A stretch of DNA of 64,000 nucleotides, from contig OZ316893.1 of NCBI GenBank assembly GCA_973895155.1, positions 9,863,660-9,927,659 on the forward strand, in the 5' to 3' direction. This document shows positions 61,641-64,000 of the stretch, piece by piece (within the stretch, counting starts at the first letter, position 1; every line of letters starts with the position of its first letter). This DNA is from Marsupella aquatica (lineage: Eukaryota > Plantae > Marchantiophyta). The notes beneath the pieces are model-generated. The model was not told where the DNA came from, ran no database searches, and saw nothing but the letters and a program-made list of their open reading frames with translations. The translations under genes and the position numbers were made by a program.

Positions 61641-64000
61641 TTAATTATTTAGTTTTATAGTGTGGAGCCAAAGGGGTTCTAACTATATACGTTCTATCTA
61701 TTGGTTATTTCTTTCAAATTTGCAAGCAATTGAAAAATACAAGCATTTTGATTTAAAACACTGATATATCATTGACAAACATCAGAATGATAACTTTGTT
61801 TTACTAAATGTCATTTCTTCCTTTGTATTGCAGTTTTTTTATGCTTAATACTTACGGCATGGCGCCCCAAAAATTACGTTGCTCTTGCCACAAACATGAA
61901 TGTGCGCTTTTGTTACTGTCAAATATAAGATCTATCCTGTTTGTGGCTGGTTGTGCTGATGTGGGGCAACCATGTGGTAGAGGACCTCTCATGGGGTCTC
62001 TAATTATAATTCAGGATCAAGGTCCACTGTTCATGACCTACTCAATTGAATGAAGAGGTAGGCCATTATTTCTCTAGTAACAACAAATTATGATAATTAT
62101 ATTAGTTTGCTATGCTATTAAGTAGGGATCGGCATGAGGAGTCTGGGTACACGTCGTTCCTGTGCATACACAAGTGTAGCTAGGATACTCCTAAGAACCA
62201 GTAAATAATTTTTGCAATGGTTGCTAATACAGATTTACAGGAGCATGGGAAAGACACTTGCATTTGCCTTCTTTGGACCTCTTGTGCTTTTACTCTTGTT
62301 ACATGCAATACAGGAAGCAAGCCCACTCAGAAGGAACAGCCAAGGCTGTCAGCCAGAACAAGACATCCTACTTAACCTGGACATAACCACTTGTGGGGGA
62401 TTCCTTGGGGACTAGTTTCTGGCATTTTGTGGGTTTTTTCAACTATGTCCTGTGGGTCTTAAACTATAGGTGCCACTGCTGGAAGGGCTCTGTTTCTAAC
62501 TGATACCGGCCACTAGTCATATGCCTAGGTGAGCTGTATCCACCTGGGGACTGTTCATTTGCCTACAAACTTTCCCATGCATTTCCCATCATTGGACTCT
62601 ATACCCTACAGAGGGTTGGTGGTAATTCTTTAAAAACCTGAACTACTTTTAGAGGCAGAGTTTTTGTGTAACATAGATCTTTATGAGATCTATATTTTGA
62701 GCAGTAGATCGCCCTATGATGAACTAAGGAGGTGTCACTCATGCTCGGAAATTCTCAAAAATCTGATATGTTCTGCCATGAACACTATCATATTAAAATG
62801 AGTACCACAAGTGACCTGGAATAGTTTAACAATTGTTTTTGTATTGAACTGAAATGAGGAAGAACACTTATAGTCTCTCCCCCCCCCCCCCCCCCCCCCC
62901 CCCCAATGTGACATATTTTGGGGTTATTAAGGTCCTTAAAAAATCTCCTACTGATTGAAAGCCAATCATATCATTATAAATACATTTTCTTTTGCGTTTC
63001 GAATAAAGGAGAAATGCATGGCTATCAACTGCTCCTCCCTCAGACAACTGTAGACCTTTTTGTGAGAGACTTTTACTCTTTCCCATGGAACTCATGTTTG
63101 TAGTGCTGGATTCCCAGATAACGCTGAATCTAACTTTTGGAGGAGCATAGTGTTGTTTTTAAATATATATATTTTAGTTAGGAAGGAGTAAAGTAGTAAC
63201 GTGTTGTTTTTGTTTTCTAAAGCAGTAAAGTGTTGTTGAAGGATCGCACATTTCTTCCATGTGACCCCAAAAAATAGACAAGCTCACAGTTTACTACTCA
63301 TCATTTCTCTCTTATACCATGTACCGCGGTAAACTCCTCCAATTTAAAGGACCAAACCCCTCTGGCTGTCCATCTTCCACGTTATTAATGAGAGAGCCCC
63401 ACCCACATTCCCAGACTTCAATGCGGAGTCGTGCGTATCTTTGTATGTTCACAAGGACCACAACGAACCCATATTCTAACGATCTTCTTCTCCCTCTCCA
63501 AGGTCAATGCCTGCCTGTGATTAATCATTCCCTTGAATGTCGCATGGCATCAAAGGGGACTGAAATAGAAGAAACTCTGGTTTTGGGGTTTGCTTTAGCC
63601 TTGAGGTTAGTGCACTTCTTCTTTGACCCTCATTGGTTTTAGTCCATTGTATTTTGTTTGGCCTTTTTAAACCACACCTGCTCATTGAAAGAGGCCCCTT
63701 CCTTGCTTGACTACTGTTCATACATGCTCGCAGGCTGACCAAAAAAAGTGGAACTCACCATAAAAGGTGGCCCTCACAAGGTGGCCCTCACAGTAATGCT
63801 CTTGCCCATCCCTCTGTGAATGTGATTGTGTAGAATAAAGAGCTACGGGTTACCTGGAGCTCTTATACGTGAGACTGTGGTTGCAAAGCACATGTGCGCT
63901 TCATTAGTCTGGAACACATGTGACATCTATTTCAGACCAAAAAGATAGAAGAAAAAAACCAAAATAAAACAGAGTGTAGCACTGAAAGTAGAAGATTTTC

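Noticed and set aside
62879-62904. Long poly(C) run (others at 594-604, ~3746-3757, ~37849-37863)
   Set aside because: Simple homopolymers with no supporting context, and their lengths are unreliable.

Overview
Land-plant nuclear DNA, probably from a non-seed plant (inferred from a CRE-clade retrotransposon, compact introns and a RimM-UAP fusion with intact-looking motifs), dominated by nested transposons. From left to right it holds a 5'-truncated L1 LINE with poly(A) and a 12-bp TSD (573-1938), tandem repeats, a tRNA-derived SINE and Tourist-like MITEs. Next come a complete but dead PIF/Harbinger element (7782-12654) and an LTR-like segment carrying a MITE. A CRE-clade non-LTR retrotransposon is split by a 21.2-kb CACTA (En/Spm) element (17461-38664, perfect 18-bp TIRs). 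Besides TnpD and TnpA, that CACTA carries a co-oriented array of intronless cargo ORFs: an EDM2-like multi-PHD reader, tandem Pol-lambda-like BRCT domains, an F-box-like protein, a small Cys/His-rich protein and a ~1200-codon coiled-coil ORF. Several of these have a splice acceptor just upstream of the ATG. This cassette is the best candidate for an undescribed anti-silencing or host-manipulation system. The only clear host gene is an 11-exon, probably plastid-targeted RimM / UDP-GlcNAc pyrophosphorylase fusion (48459-54383, minus). A second degraded L1 lies at about 58.9-61.2 kb. Family assignments are from recognised motifs; no searches were run.
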